Shown: positions 1-13,079 of the stretch, piece after piece | Layout: each line of letters opens with the position of its first letter | Position numbering within the stretch: position 1 is the stretch's first letter | DNA from: Octopus vulgaris | Lineage: Eukaryota | Assembly (NCBI GenBank): GCA_951406725.2 | Contig: OX597826.1 | Span: 27,342,001-27,406,000 of the forward strand | Length of the DNA: 64,000 nucleotides | Direction of reading: 5' to 3' | Notes under the pieces: model-generated | Seen by the model: only the letters and a program-made list of their open reading frames with translations | What the model was told of the DNA's origin: nothing | Databases searched by the model: none | Position numbers and translations under genes: made by a program

Positions 1-51
1 ATTATTATTATTATTATTATTATTATTGTTGTTGTTGTTGTTGTTGTTGTT

Positions 52-492
52 GAATGAGAGAGCAGTGCATGCCATCAAATTGACACTGGAGTACAAATAT
101 ACGAAGTCCAGTATACCCATCATGACTACCCATCTGATAAGGGTACACCAGGCACATGCATCACAACCATATGTGCGCGATATGGTGATCTCATATCGAG
201 ATAAACAGCATATGACCTTGTAGATGGGGCCCAGTTAGAATTTTCTTCTGTTGAAAAGGTCCCCGAATAAGGGTTGTTTAACGATGTTGAACGTTACACT
301 CATGTTTTCAGAGGTGAATTATTCAAACCCCAAAGAATTCCTCTCAACACATGGCTATGATGCTCTCCAAATACTTCTGCTCGTGATCAGAGATGCACAT
401 ATCGTCAGGCACTAAGGCACATGTTCAACTGGTTAAGGTCAAACAACTGGCAAGCAAATCTATGCTATTGAGCAGAATATTTACTGTAGCCC
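52..492 (-). mobile_element. Non-coding (TAA)n-tailed repeat family X, copy 1
   Basis: Near-identical to 8795-9205 and, reverse-complemented, to ~43000-43360. Each copy ends CTCTC..TCA followed by an (AAY)n tract. Confidence 0.7.
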
Positions 493-496
493 ATTA

Positions 497-544
<48 letters not shown>

Positions 545-548
<4 letters not shown>

Positions 549-666
549 AGTCACTGCCTGGAATCAAACTCGGAATTTTGTGGTTAGTAGCCCGCGCTCT
601 TAACCACTACGCAATATGCCAGTGTAAATAATGTACATAATTCCTCGTTTCTTAAATACAGAACTG
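545..666. mobile_element. Partial tRNA-headed hammerhead element: minus-strand head plus inverted 3' end
   Basis: 545-620 matches the head at 27345-27422; 624-666 matches 27537-27588. The hammerhead half probably lies upstream of the window. Confidence 0.65.
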
Positions 667-890
667 TATGACAGTAAGAAGCATGAAATCATGACCATGA
701 TACGCGAATCAGAATTCCCGATACGGAATGCCATCAGCTCTTCCAGCCGATCCGTGATATAGAAATTCAGCGTCATCATAAAATCGTAGAGTAATTTTGC
801 ATTCTACTAGATGCTATCTAAAATTAATATCTACAGGTCAACCCATGTTATCTGTTTTTAAAATCTCACAGTTCTACAACCTCTGTATAG

Positions 891-961
<71 letters not shown>

Positions 962-974
962 CATCATCATCATC

Positions 975-1041
<67 letters not shown>

Positions 1042-1066
1042 ACATCAGCATCATCAACATCATCAT
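891..1066. repeat. Compound (ATT)n/(CAT)n microsatellite, representative of dozens in the window
   Basis: Directly visible. Confidence 0.98.
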
Positions 1067-1159
1067 ATATAAATATTTGCGTCGTGGCCATTTTATTTTT
1101 CATTTCCCTTTCCTTCAGACAATCTCCCACTTCTCATGCTCTTGTCCTCCCACTGTGTC

Positions 1160-1194
<35 letters not shown>

Positions 1195-1869
1195 ATATAT
1201 AGGTCTCCCCTCTTTCCCCCTCTCTCTCTCTTTCTAGTTTTATTATTTGTATCACTTTATCTTTCTCTCTCATTCTCTTACTCTTTCCTTCTTTTTCACG
1301 TTCACAGCCTTTATCTACAGTTGTTTTCTTTTTTTCTTTTACCTTTACTTTTTTTTTACCACTTTGCAACATTCTATTACTATTTGCATATTTATCACTC
1401 ACCCTCACTCATATTCTCTCCCCCCCCACTCTGTCTGTCTGTCTCTCTCTCTCTCTGTATCTTTCTGTCTGTCTCTCTGTCTCTCTGTCTCTCTGTCTCT
1501 CTCTCGCTCTTCCTTCCCATCAGTTTTTCGCAAACTCATACACACACATACACGTTCTCTGTCTCTCTCTCTGCTTCATTATCTCTCAAACTCATTCTGG
1601 TTCTCTCTTTCTGCTGTTCTCCTTCAAACTTTCATTTTCGATTTATTACAGTCCATGCCGCCCATATTTCAACCTAACGGACTCAAATATCTGAAAAACA
1701 CATTTTCATATTTAATTTTTTGCCGAATCGCCAAGAACGTAAATAAGGAAACAGCGGCAGAAAAACAAACGGAAAAAAACACACATATGTAAAGATGTAT
1801 GTAAATAAGTAACTTGTATATATGTGTATATATATGTGTATGTGTGTGTATGTGTGTGTGTATCTATAT

Positions 1870-2091
1870 ACTCTTTTACTTGTTTCAGTCATTTGACTGT
1901 GGCCATGCTTCAGCACCACCCTTAGTCGAGCAAATCGACCCCAGGACTTATTCTTTGTAAGCCTAGTACTTATTATATCGTTCTCTTTAGCCGAACCGCT
2001 ACCTTACGTGGACGTAAACACACTAGCATCGGTTGTCAAGAGATGTTGGGGGGACAAACACAGACACACAAACATATACATACACATACAT

Positions 2092-2136
<45 letters not shown>

Positions 2137-2478
2137 GAAATGAAGAAAATGCTGACAAAATAATTTAAGTAATTTAAGTAATTTAATTAGGTGAAAGTTC
2201 TTTTTACCGGTTGCGCATTTGTTATGCTTATCAAAAGATATTTTTTAAAGAGAGATAGAGTTCCTTTCTGATAGATTATTTCCTCATATCTGGAAAAATA
2301 TATCAGAAAGGAACTCTATCTCTCTTAAAAAAATATCTTTTGATAAGCATAACAAATGCGCAACCGGTAAAAAGAACTTTCACCTAATTAAATTACTTAA
2401 ATTACTTAAATTATTTTGTCAGCATTTTCTTCATTTCCTTTTTTATATATCACAACTCGTGTTCCACATCTCCTTTTT

Positions 2479-2517
<39 letters not shown>

Positions 2518-2650
2518 GACGGGCTTCTTTCCGTTTCCGTCTACCAAATCCACTCACAAAGCTTTGGTCGGCCCGTGGATATAGTAGAAAACATTTGCCC
2601 AAAGTGCACGCAGTTGATATGAACCCGGAACCATGCGGTTCGTAAACAAG
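1870..2650 (-). mobile_element. tRNA-derived SINE family A, interrupted by a fold-back insertion
   Basis: Reverse complement of 31301-31735; the central (CA)/(TA) tract contains the 2132-2480 insert. Confidence 0.85.
2132..2480. mobile_element. Fold-back element (arms 2132-2273 and 2301-~2443) with variant hammerhead-like motif in each arm
   Basis: Near-perfect ~142-bp inverted repeat with a 27-bp spacer. Plus arm 2340-2369 reads TTGATAA-GCAT-aacaa-ATGC-GCAA-CCGG-TA. Confidence 0.8.
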
Positions 2651-3629
2651 CTACGACGCGGTTCTGCATAATTTTCGTCGCGCAAATTCACTCGCAAGAC
2701 ATTGCTAAACCCGTTGCTATGTAGAAGATGCTTGACAAAGCTGCTGACCCTGAAACCATGCAATTGCTAAGCAAATTTCTTTAGAACATATATGCGTGCG
2801 CCCTCTGTCTTTATATCCAGCTGAGGTTAAGATTGTCTTATATATTCCTATTATTGATACTATAAAATATCTATCAGGTCTTGAGGCTACGGTACCTGAA
2901 CTGCTGCCTGGTATCTTTAAGGTCTTCTGCCTGGTTAAACTTCCTTATGTTCATAACTTGGAAACAAATATAATTTTCTTTCAAATATATTACCGTTAAA
3001 TTTTAACGAGCATATAAAAGCTGAATTATGAAGGTCGGCATACGAACCGATCTCCTACGTCTCGTTTTCTAGAATCTTTTTGAGTCAGCCATTTGCATTT
3101 ACTCTCGACCAGTGTGGTGCATAAAGCAACAAATGGGTTGTTATCCAGTCACTAAATCTGGTTCATAAAGCAGGAAAATCACCACTTACATCACATTGTT
3201 CATTCTCATAAATTCTAAACACCGTGGAACGCTCTACGTGGCCGATTGGATGCTATAAATAGTAATAAACAACAGTGTGCAGTAAGGTCCATGATGGCCG
3301 TCATCCGAGAAATATAAAGTTCCAGTGGTAGTCCGGGTGTAGTTCAGTGGTAAGCAGCCTATGAGAGCTGACAATGGTTCTAGAAGTAGGTCGGAATGGA
3401 GATAAGCGTCCAGTGAGAGAAAGTTCAGTGGGGGATTAGATCAAACCTGGGTATATCGAAATCTTTCTGAAATCACGCCTAAAGTCTTGAAAGAACGAAT
3501 GATATTTTGGATAATCCTGACTTAAAGATTATTACTTTATATCAGTGGTTTTCAACCGGGTTCCATATGGTCCTTAGGGATTCCTGTAAGATTTTGTTGT
3601 TAAAATATATCTGTATGAAATTTGTTATA

Positions 3630-3893
3630 CAGGGCGTTCAAAAAGTCTCTCCGCAGTTAGTATTTTATTGCAAAATAAATATTTATAAGATGGTATAAGA
3701 CTACAAAAGAATATATTAGACTTTACAAGAATTTAAAAAGCTTTATAAGAGGTGTTGAAAGTGTCGTCCTTCATTTGAAAGACATGAGTTGACTCTTCTT
3801 GCAATGCACTCTTCTACACATGATTTGAGGGATATCTTGGAGAGTCTGATGCGGTATGGATCGTGTGAATGCGGATAAACTTTTTGAACACCA
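3630..3893 (-). mobile_element. Internally deleted Tc1/mariner-superfamily element (MITE-like)
   Basis: TIRs CAGGGCGTTCAAAAAGTCTCTCCGCA and TGCGGATAAACTTTTTGAACACC; minus strand encodes a transposase-like C-terminus RRVNSCLSNEGRHFQHLL*. Confidence 0.7.
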
Positions 3894-3929
3894 TATCCTT
3901 CTATACAAAACATATTTTAATTTTTTAAT

Positions 3930-4300
3930 AGGCGGTGGGGCGGCGGGGTGGTAAAAAACTTGATTCCAAGCTACATGGTTCCGGGTTCAGTCCCGCCGCC
4001 CGACATATTTTTGCAAGTGTTCTCTGCTCTAACCTCAGCCGACCAAAGCCTTATGATTGGATTTGGTAGACGGAAATTGAAAGAAGCACGTCGTGAATAT
4101 ATGTTTGTGTGTGTGTGTGTGTGTGTGTGCTGACATCTTTATGTCCCAGTATCTTAGCGGCTCGTCAAAAAGATAGATGTAAAATAATTACCAGGCTTGA
4201 AAAAGAGAAGTACTGGGATTGATTCATTCGACTAAAAATTCTTCAAGGCCGTGCCCCAGCATGGCCGCAGTCTAATGCTTGAAACAAGCGAAACATAACA
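3930..4300 (+). mobile_element. SINE family A copy
   Basis: GGTTCCGGGTTCAGTCCC head, GGATTTGGTAGACGGAAA, and 3' CAGCATGGCCGCAGTC..GAAACAAG. Confidence 0.8.
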
Positions 4301-5068
4301 CAGAAAAAAAACAAATATAAAATACAAAAATATATGATTTTTAAGCATCGAATGACGAGACAGCTCTATCTGAGTAAAATAACATTTAAAAGAGGCCCAT
4401 AGGCAGAAAACAAAACAAAACAAACCAAAAACCGAATGAAATCACAGATTATATGAAAATAAGCAAAACAGTTTATAGTTGCCATTTTTTTTTTTAATAT
4501 GAATGAATATCTTATATCTTTTGTTGTTGAATATATTTTATACTCTTTAACCAAATAACATATTTACCAACCTTTCTACGATTTCCCCCATTGTCTTCTC
4601 CGTCCTCTACGCTCTTCTATACAATCGCCATTCTATAAATAAATCTGATAATCTAAGAGAACAAAATGCTATATTAGAAAACAATATACATGGTATTTAA
4701 CTTTCGTTTATTTAACTGACATTTTCACCTAAGCAGAATCAATGTTCCACTCAGGACAAGCATCCATTCAGTCTCAGTTGTTTACACATTTCGTTAAAAG
4801 ATTACACGGCAATATGTCGTTCGTATTGGTGTCGCTGCAGTGTTTTAATCCCGCTTTGTTTTCAGGATTACATCATGGTTTACAGTTAATGCTTCACTCA
4901 GCTCGACACATATATATATATAGACAAGCAGGAATTGCTGTAGAAGTTTACTCGTCTCGTTAATACATTAATAGATACAAACATGCATACACACATACAT
5001 AGGTACGTACGTACATGCATACATACATACATACATATGTACATACGTACATACATACATGCACAAAC

Positions 5069-5121
<53 letters not shown>

Positions 5122-5348
5122 TCATACATATATGTATATGTGCGTGTTTGTATGCATGCTCATATCTATCCATCCATATATCTACCTATCTGTATATCTA
5201 TCTATCTATCTTGTATATACATACATATGCATGTGTGGTGTGTGCTTGTATATTTGCGTGAGTATGTATGTATATATGTATGGATATGTGTGTGTGCGTA
5301 TATATATATATAGATAGATATAGATATAAATATATGTATATATATATT

Positions 5349-5401
<53 letters not shown>

Positions 5402-5650
5402 ACACACACATATACCGACTCACGTATAAGCATACTAACAGGCACGCAGACATATAACATATGTATGGGTATATCCTTGTGTATGTATGTGTGCCTGTAC
5501 ACGAGTGGTGCGTTTGCATATGCATGTGTACACATTAAATTATAGGCGAGGGATATTCTTATATATATTTGCTGTTCTCTCTCTATATATATATGTACAT
5601 ACACACAATATACATATATACGCAATTATCATTTATCAACGTTGGTACTC

Positions 5651-5708
<58 letters not shown>

Positions 5709-6605
5709 GTATATATATATACACACACGTATACATATATACATTCTCAAACATTTACATGTACACATACATGGTACGTTCGACTCTACGTGGCATACAT
5801 ACATGCGCGCAGACAAACACTTGCACAAACGATCAGTTGCATGTATACATACAAACCCATCTCACACACAGTCACTGTATGCAAAAATGTTAATTTGGAA
5901 CATCCTAAATGCAGAAGAGTAGTTTTATGATATTCATCCAATGATTATACGGTGTTCTTAATTAAATCTGGATTAAAATATAACGATGCCGACCGACCAT
6001 ATTTGATTGTTTTGCATTTGTATCAGCATTGATGTAGTTCCGTATATTACACACTTGTTATTACGAGCAGTGAATGCATGTTTCTAGGTTCAATCTCAAT
6101 GCGTAGCACCTTGGGCTAGTGTCTTCCACTACAGCCTCGGACCGACAAAAGCCCTGTCAGTGGAAACTGAAACAAGCACGTTGCATGCGCGTGTGCATGT
6201 GTGTGTATGTGTGTGTGTGTGTGTGTGTGCCTGTGAGTGTATAACATGTATGTATGTATGTATATATGTATGTATGTATGAATCAAAATATTTTGATTTA
6301 GATTCGTTAATACTCTGTGTTTCAAGCGCGATGCTAATCTTCAGCCATTGAGAATTAGATTAAATATACAACCGAAAGAGCTTGTAATAGTTTCATGCTA
6401 TTATGACACTTTATCAGGCATATTTATAAAATACGCATCTTAAAGCAATCTTCCGAGCTTTGTTTTTGTGTTATATGCGTGTGTATGTATATATATATAT
6501 ATTTATGTGTGTGTGTGTGAGAGAGAGTGTGTGTGTGCATGCGTTTGTGTGTGTGTATGTGTGTGTGTGAGAGAGTGTGTGTGTGTGCATGTGCGTGTGT
6601 GCATG

Positions 6606-6647
<42 letters not shown>

Positions 6648-7912
6648 TGTCTGTGTTTGGTCCCGCACCACAACTTGGCAATCGCTGCTAACGTATTTCC
6701 GTCCCCTTAACGTAGCGGTTCAGTATACGAGAGCGATAAATTAAGTGCCAGGGTTTAAAAATAGTAATTTCTGGGGACAATCCATTCGATCAACAATTCT
6801 TCTAGGTGCTGCTTCAGCACGCCCGCAGTCCAGTAAGTGAAACTAGTAAAAGATAACAGATATCTTCATGCCGCATAAACAAATCATTGGAAGCAGGGTG
6901 CGAGAATTCCATGTGCGGGTACAGCAATGCGTAACACACAGAGAAGGGGTCTTCGAAGAGGCGAGGTTGGTAAAAATGCCAAATCGCTCCGTTCAATGCC
7001 GCCGCCCTATCACTGAAGCTAGAGAAAAAACTAATAATAAAAGAAAATGGAAGAAAAAGAACCAAGTTATCCACCTCATCGTTTGTATAAGACAGTAATA
7101 AGATTTTCTATGAGATTTTCTGAGAGATTTGTGCGCTATTTCTAGCATATCAAAAGATTTACACTCACTGCTCCCCATCGTCATGTTTTATTGTCACGAG
7201 TTCGTTTTGATGTGGGTTTCAAAAATATCGATGCAGTTGGTAAACTTAAAGAAAAGAAGACACTTTCGTAATTGTTTTTATTGCGTTAGTCGTAACATTA
7301 GTCCGTCTGCGGTCCTCAACTGTAGCCGCCATATTTATGGTTGTAGTAGTTTGTTATCGATAGATGCTGTTATTGTTGTTACGGCCGTCGTTGTTGTTTT
7401 TGTTACTGTTGCTGTTGTTATTATATTTGTTGTTCTTATTTATGTAATTGTCGTTGCTTTTGTCTATATAATTGTTAACAATATTATTGTTGTTGTTGAT
7501 GTTATTGGTTATTACACTTTTTTTGTTGCCAATATTATTTCATTGCTATTATAGTTATTGTTATAAGCCTTGTCTTAATTATCATTTTCGTTGTTCTTAT
7601 TATAGTTCTTTGTTGCTACTGTTGTTGATGATGTTGTTGCTATTGTTGTAGATCTTCTTCTTGTCATTATTATTCACATTATTGTCGTTTTGTTTTTATT
7701 AATGTTCCTGTCGTTGATATCATTATCATTATGATTGATGTCGTTGTTGTTAGTGTTGTTGTAAATATTGATTATTGAGTTCTTTATGTTCTTGTTATTG
7801 TTGCCGCTAACGTTGTTGATGTTACGGTTGATGATTCTGTTGTTGTTGTTATAAATGCCAATGTTGTTGCTGTTGCTCTTATCATTATTATTGTTATTAT
7901 TATTATTATTAA

Positions 7913-8002
<90 letters not shown>

Positions 8003-8009
8003 TAGTGTT

Positions 8010-8192
8010 CCTGGATGCAATGCTTACTGATATTTCGTCCGTCTCAACGTTCTGAGTTGAAGTTCCGCCGAGGTCGACTTTGCCTTTCATCCTTTTGGGA
8101 GTCGATCAATTAAGTACCAGTTGACCACTGAGCTCGACGTATTCGTCTCATCCTCCTACCTCGAAATTGCTGGCCTTGTGCCAGAATTTGAA
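8010..8192 (+). mobile_element. SINE family B copy
   Basis: TTCTGAGTT...CCGCCGAGGTCGACTTTGCCTTTCATCCTTT...GTCGAT..ATTAAGTACCAG, shared with 57828-58048. Confidence 0.75.
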
Positions 8193-8195
8193 ATC

Positions 8196-8291
<96 letters not shown>

Positions 8292-8782
8292 TGTTGCCTT
8301 TGCACAGCTCCTAACACTAGAGATGTACTACGGTGTCAGCTGTTTACAACCAGTGAACTAAGATAACACAGTAGTAGTAGTACTTATTTTTCGAGCACCA
8401 TCCGGACTATTCGAGCATTGCTGTTTTCTGCAAGTGCTCCACCCTTATTGCAGCCCCTATTTCTTCCATGCACATCTCAAGATATTTACCCACTGTTCCT
8501 ATGGCTCCGAAAATTATTGGTACTACTACCACATTTTTCAGCAACTACAAATGCTTAACCGCCCAAGCTAACCTGTCATATCTATCGACTTTTCTTTCTT
8601 CCTTATCGCACACCTTCTTTTCAGCTGGTCACGCTATATCTATGATCCAGCATCGCTTGCTTTCTTTCTAAATTAGCACTATGTTTGGTTTCCTATTCTC
8701 TATCTCATGGTCGCTCTGAATGATAAATTCCCATCTTTGCATTATGGTTTTGGATGATGCATTCGGGTTATGTTCGTACCAC
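8292..8782 (-). pseudogene. 3' fragment (restriction-like endonuclease plus 3'UTR) of R4/Dong-type retrotransposon, subfamily C
   Basis: Minus translation gives WEFIIQSDHEIENRKPNIVLI..CWIIDIA..KVDRYDRL..VPIIFGAIG..LQKTAML with stops; (ATT)n flanks; 3'UTR shared with 42768-42980. Confidence 0.75.
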
Positions 8783-8794
8783 AATTATTATTAT

Positions 8795-9203
8795 TGAATG
8801 AAAGAGCAGTGAATACCATCAAAGTGACACTGGGGTAAAATATACGAAGCCCAGTATACCCATCATGACTACCCGTCTGATAAGGGTACGCCAGGCACAT
8901 GCATCACAACCATATGTACGCGACTTATTAAGATTAACAGTGCATGACCTTGCAGGTGGGGCCCAGTTAGAATTTTCTTCAGGTCGAGTAGCCCATCTCG
9001 CTCAAAATGTCCCTGGATAAGGATGTTGAACAAAACACTCATGTTTCCAAAGGTGAATTAGCCAAACTCCAAAGAATGCCTCTTAACACATGGCTATGAT
9101 GCTCCCCCACTACTTCTGCTTGTGATCAGAGATGCACATATCGTCAGCCACTAAGGGACATGCTCAGCTGGTTATGGTCAAGCAAGTGACAAGTAAATCT
9201 GTG

Positions 9204-9205
<2 letters not shown>
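8795..9205 (-). mobile_element. Repeat family X, copy 2
   Basis: Similar to 52-492; (ATT)n on both sides. Confidence 0.7.
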
Positions 9206-9250
<45 letters not shown>

Positions 9251-9447
9251 GACAGAATCGTTAGCACGCCGCGGGAGTGCTTAGCGGTATTTCGTTCGTC
9301 ATAAAGACGCTCTGAGTTCAAATTCCGCCGAAGTCGATTTTGCCTTTTAGCCTATGAGTCGATAAATTAAGTACCAGTGAAACACTGGGGTCGATGTTAT
9401 TGAATTCTCCCCTCCCCAAAGTTTCAATCCTTGTGCCTTTACTAGAA
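9251..9447 (+). mobile_element. SINE family B copy
   Basis: CAGAATCGTTAGCACGCCG...GAGTTCAAATTCCGCCGAAGTCGA...GATAAATTAAGTACCAG. Confidence 0.8.
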
Positions 9448-9450
9448 AGG

Positions 9451-9501
<51 letters not shown>

Positions 9502-9865
9502 GTTATTGTACTTGTCGTTGACATTGTTGTGATTATTGTTGTTGTAGATGTCGCTGTTGTTGTTGGTTCTCGTTATTGTTGTAGTCCTCGCTGTTTTTAT
9601 TTTCAGTGTTGTTGCCTTCCATTGTTTTTATGGAGTTCTTGTAGTTGTTTTTGTATTATATTCTCACTGTTGTTGTTACTGATACTGCTGCCGCTGCTGT
9701 TGTTGCTGTTCTTGTTGTTGATGATGTTGTTGGTGTTGTTGTTGTTGTTACTAGATGATGTTCCTGGCCAATTTCTTTGAAGTCATTTAATGTCTTTGTT
9801 TGGAATTACAATAGTGAAGAAATCAAAGGATATTGGTAGCATCGATTCAGTGGTGCATTTCATTG

Positions 9866-10490
9866 TCATACACTGTAGTGGTGGTCATGGTGGTGGTGGT
9901 GACGGTGGCTGGGGTGGGTGTGGTAGAAGTAGTAGTAGTAGATATGTTGGTAGTAGTAGTTGTAGTATTGGTAGTGGCAGTGATAGTGGTGGTAGTGGTA
10001 ATAGCAACAGTAGCAGCTTTAGTGCTGGCAGTGGTGCTGGTGATTGTGATTTTGCTGGTTACTAGAGTAGTAGTAGTAGTAGCAATAGTAGTTGTAGTAG
10101 TAGTAGTAGTAGTAGTAGTTGTAGTAGTGGCGGTGGCGGTTGTGATTGGGGTTGTAGTGGTTGTGGTGTTGGTGGTGGTGGTGTAGTAGTGGTAGTAGTA
10201 ATAGTGGTGGTGATTATGGTGGTGGTGTAGTAGTAATAGTGGTGGTGATGGTGTTGGTGGTGTAGTAGTGGTAGTAGTAATAGTGGTGGTGATGGCGATG
10301 GTGGTGATGGTGATGGTGGTGGTGGTGGTGGTAGTAGTAGTAGTGGTAGCGGTAGTGGTAGTGGTATTGGTGGTGGTGGTTGTGGTGGTGGTTGTGGTGT
10401 TGGTGGTGTGGTGGTGGTAGTAGTAGTTGTGCTGATGGTGGTGGTGGCGGTGGTGATGATGATGGTTTTGATGAGGTGAGGGTGATGAGC
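9866..10490. repeat. Low-complexity (GGT)/(AGT)/(GAT) tract
   Basis: Directly visible. Confidence 0.9.
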
Positions 10491-12188
10491 GGTGAGGCTG
10501 TGGACCTAATCCTTGTTTGCAGTGTTGTTTAGCCTTCAAGTGAACAGGTGACCCACGTTCAAAGACTTTCCGTCTGTGGCCCTCATGCCTCTTTCTTTTT
10601 TCTTTCATCACACTTAACCAATCCAATAATTCATTATCGAAGATGTTACGAGTTGTGGCTTGAGGGAGATTTGGCTGCTATTTCAAAGCAGGTGATTGTT
10701 TATGTAACATAATATAGGCTTCTATCGAGTTCCTATCGATGAAGACTTATTGAGCGACCTGATGAAGTTTGCTGTTGCGGATGCTATTGTGGTTAGTTTT
10801 GAAAAGTGTGTTAATATATGTTTGTCATTGTTGTTGCTATTATTGTTGATGTTTAGCCCCAAGTAAGGCTAGAGAGATCTGATTTTTACTCAAAAGCATT
10901 ACAACCGTCCAATTAATCCTACCTAATTAAGAGCATCAAAATCTACATTGATTAATTTGTGATTTTCCCGTCAAGAGTTTCTGATGAATCTACCTTCGCA
11001 GCAGGAAACTTAGATGAGGGTAGCAACATGAAATTCCCTCATCCACTAAATGCGGTTTCAAGAAACGAACGCGTAGCGAAACTAACGGCGGTGCCCAAGA
11101 ATAGCTGCAGCTTTCGAGCTGAAAGTATTAAAATTTTTTTTTAAATTATATATAAAATTAATATAGACAGCGGTCTGCAACCTGTTACCAAAACCAAAAT
11201 CTATAACTGTCACTAAGTATGACGGGTGTTAGAACACCTGCATTGCTAGAAATAAAAACTAAATGTCCCAGTGCAGTTGTTAAAGCACATGATTTATTCA
11301 TATGTACTGACGAGAACCGTAATCGCCCGAAAGCTACGGTCGACAATTCCCTACACTGACCGGTCAGTTTCGGCTGACCAACGGCAACAGCTGCGATTTC
11401 TCGATTGTATATAAATAGGTGCAAATACAGGAGTCAACTTAAAGCGTCACCTGACCAGACTCTGGGAGGCTTGCTCTTTCGGAGCGTTTATCTCCTCTTC
11501 AGTAACAGAGACTGGAGAGCCAGGCGCTGCGAATTCACACGAAAGACAGATCCTTCTTATGATATTCCCGTCATCGTTCAAAGACTGGTTGCGCTGCTCA
11601 GAGGCTCGCCGTAAATGAATTACTAAGCAGTGATGTTTCAGTGTGACAAATTGGTTCTTTGATTATACCAAACTAATTCTGTCACTTTGTACAACTAGAA
11701 AAAGTGATCCACATGAAATCTTTCAGCACCCGGTTACTCTCGAAGACTTATGGTTTACCACAAACAAAACAGTTACCGCTATTTATAGTAGATACAACCC
11801 AGATAGAACTAAATTGATTTAACCAATTTGCATGACAGTGCAATTGTTGACAACATGCAGGAATGAATTAAATACGGTGGTGCATTCACAGTATTCACAT
11901 TTCACATCATTACTGTGTGTTAAGAAATGTTACAAGTACCTAAGTTGAGAAAAAATAGTATTTATTATAAAGCTATGTAGTTTTGTTAACTGATTTAATA
12001 TAATTTCATGTTGATGTGCTTCTGCTGTTATGATGTATCCGATTTTATGGATATTGTGAATAGCAATATAATACATTTCAATCTGCAGCTACGTAAATGG
12101 ATGATCGAAATGCGGTGAAGAGGAAAATCTCCGACTCCCTGGTCTCTGTTTCTGTCTGTCTCTCACTCTCATTCTCTCTCTCTCCCCC

Positions 12189-12236
<48 letters not shown>

Positions 12237-12240
12237 TAGT

Positions 12241-12605
12241 ACATCCAACGTTATATGGATGTGTTGTATATAACGCCTAGCTCTGCGATAAACAACACAT
12301 CCAAGTTACGTTGGATGAGTTAATTGAAGTTTGCTTCTGTTGCTAACCGTTGATTTATGCATAACCCGCGGCTTTATGCGACATCACTGGTAGTTTAGCC
12401 GATGCGAAGCTATATCAGTTTGTCTGATTTTCGATCTGGTATTTGTCTGTCTATTGCAGGAGATCCGAAACACGGTGCTGACAAAATATCGCCAAACAAT
12501 ATCTGTGCTTTAAGTAAACGTCGTTTACACGAGATGATTCCTTGAGACGTTTACCGCAGTCCCAGGCGTTGTAAATAAAACATCCAGGATAGATTGGATG
12601 TGTTG
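12241..12605. other. Three spaced palindromes ACATCCA-N8-TGGATG in a TA-flanked segment
   Basis: Copies at 12241-12266, 12293-12321 and 12580-12605, each with an 8-nt spacer. Confidence 0.6.
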
Positions 12606-13035
12606 ACGCTAGCCGATTTTCTGCTTACAGAAAGAAACAATTTATATATAATATATACCTAGTCTACTGGACACACTGAGGTTTAAAATATGTGCTCAGC
12701 AAACAGTAACGTCCGTAAATTTTTATTGTATCTCCTTTTACCTAGCCCTGCGTAGTACTTCTAAAACAATATCTATAACTGCATGTATGTGTATATGTGT
12801 GTTGTGTGTATATGAATGTGTGTGTGTGTGTGTTGTGTGTGTGTGCGTGTGCGTGTGTATGTGTGTGTACGTAAGTAGGTAGTTACGTTTGTGTGAATAT
12901 GTACATATATAGACATATCGAAGCAGAAATTTGATTTACATATCCCCAAGCATATGCGTATATACTCATGTATGTCTGTATGTGAATAATAACGTTATAT
13001 ATATTATGCATATATATGTGTGTGTGTGTGTGTAT

Positions 13036-13079
<44 letters not shown>

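Noticed and set aside
545-620. Possible tRNA gene (also 21665-21740 and 27345-27422)
   Set aside because: No proper acceptor stem; these are tRNA-derived heads of repeats.
9847-10626. 259-aa Thr/His-rich mucin-like ORF
   Set aside because: Produced by (GGT)/(AGT) low-complexity sequence that is open in several frames.
11300-11345. CTGACGA...GAAAGCTACGGTC hammerhead-like string
   Set aside because: Stems I-III pair poorly and there is no second copy.
12024-12066. Imperfect hairpin, possible pre-miRNA
   Set aside because: Only ~16 bp with several G-U pairs and bulges; I recognise no miRNA family.
12241-12605. CRISPR-like repeat interpretation
   Set aside because: Only three irregularly spaced copies, in a eukaryotic context with no cas genes.
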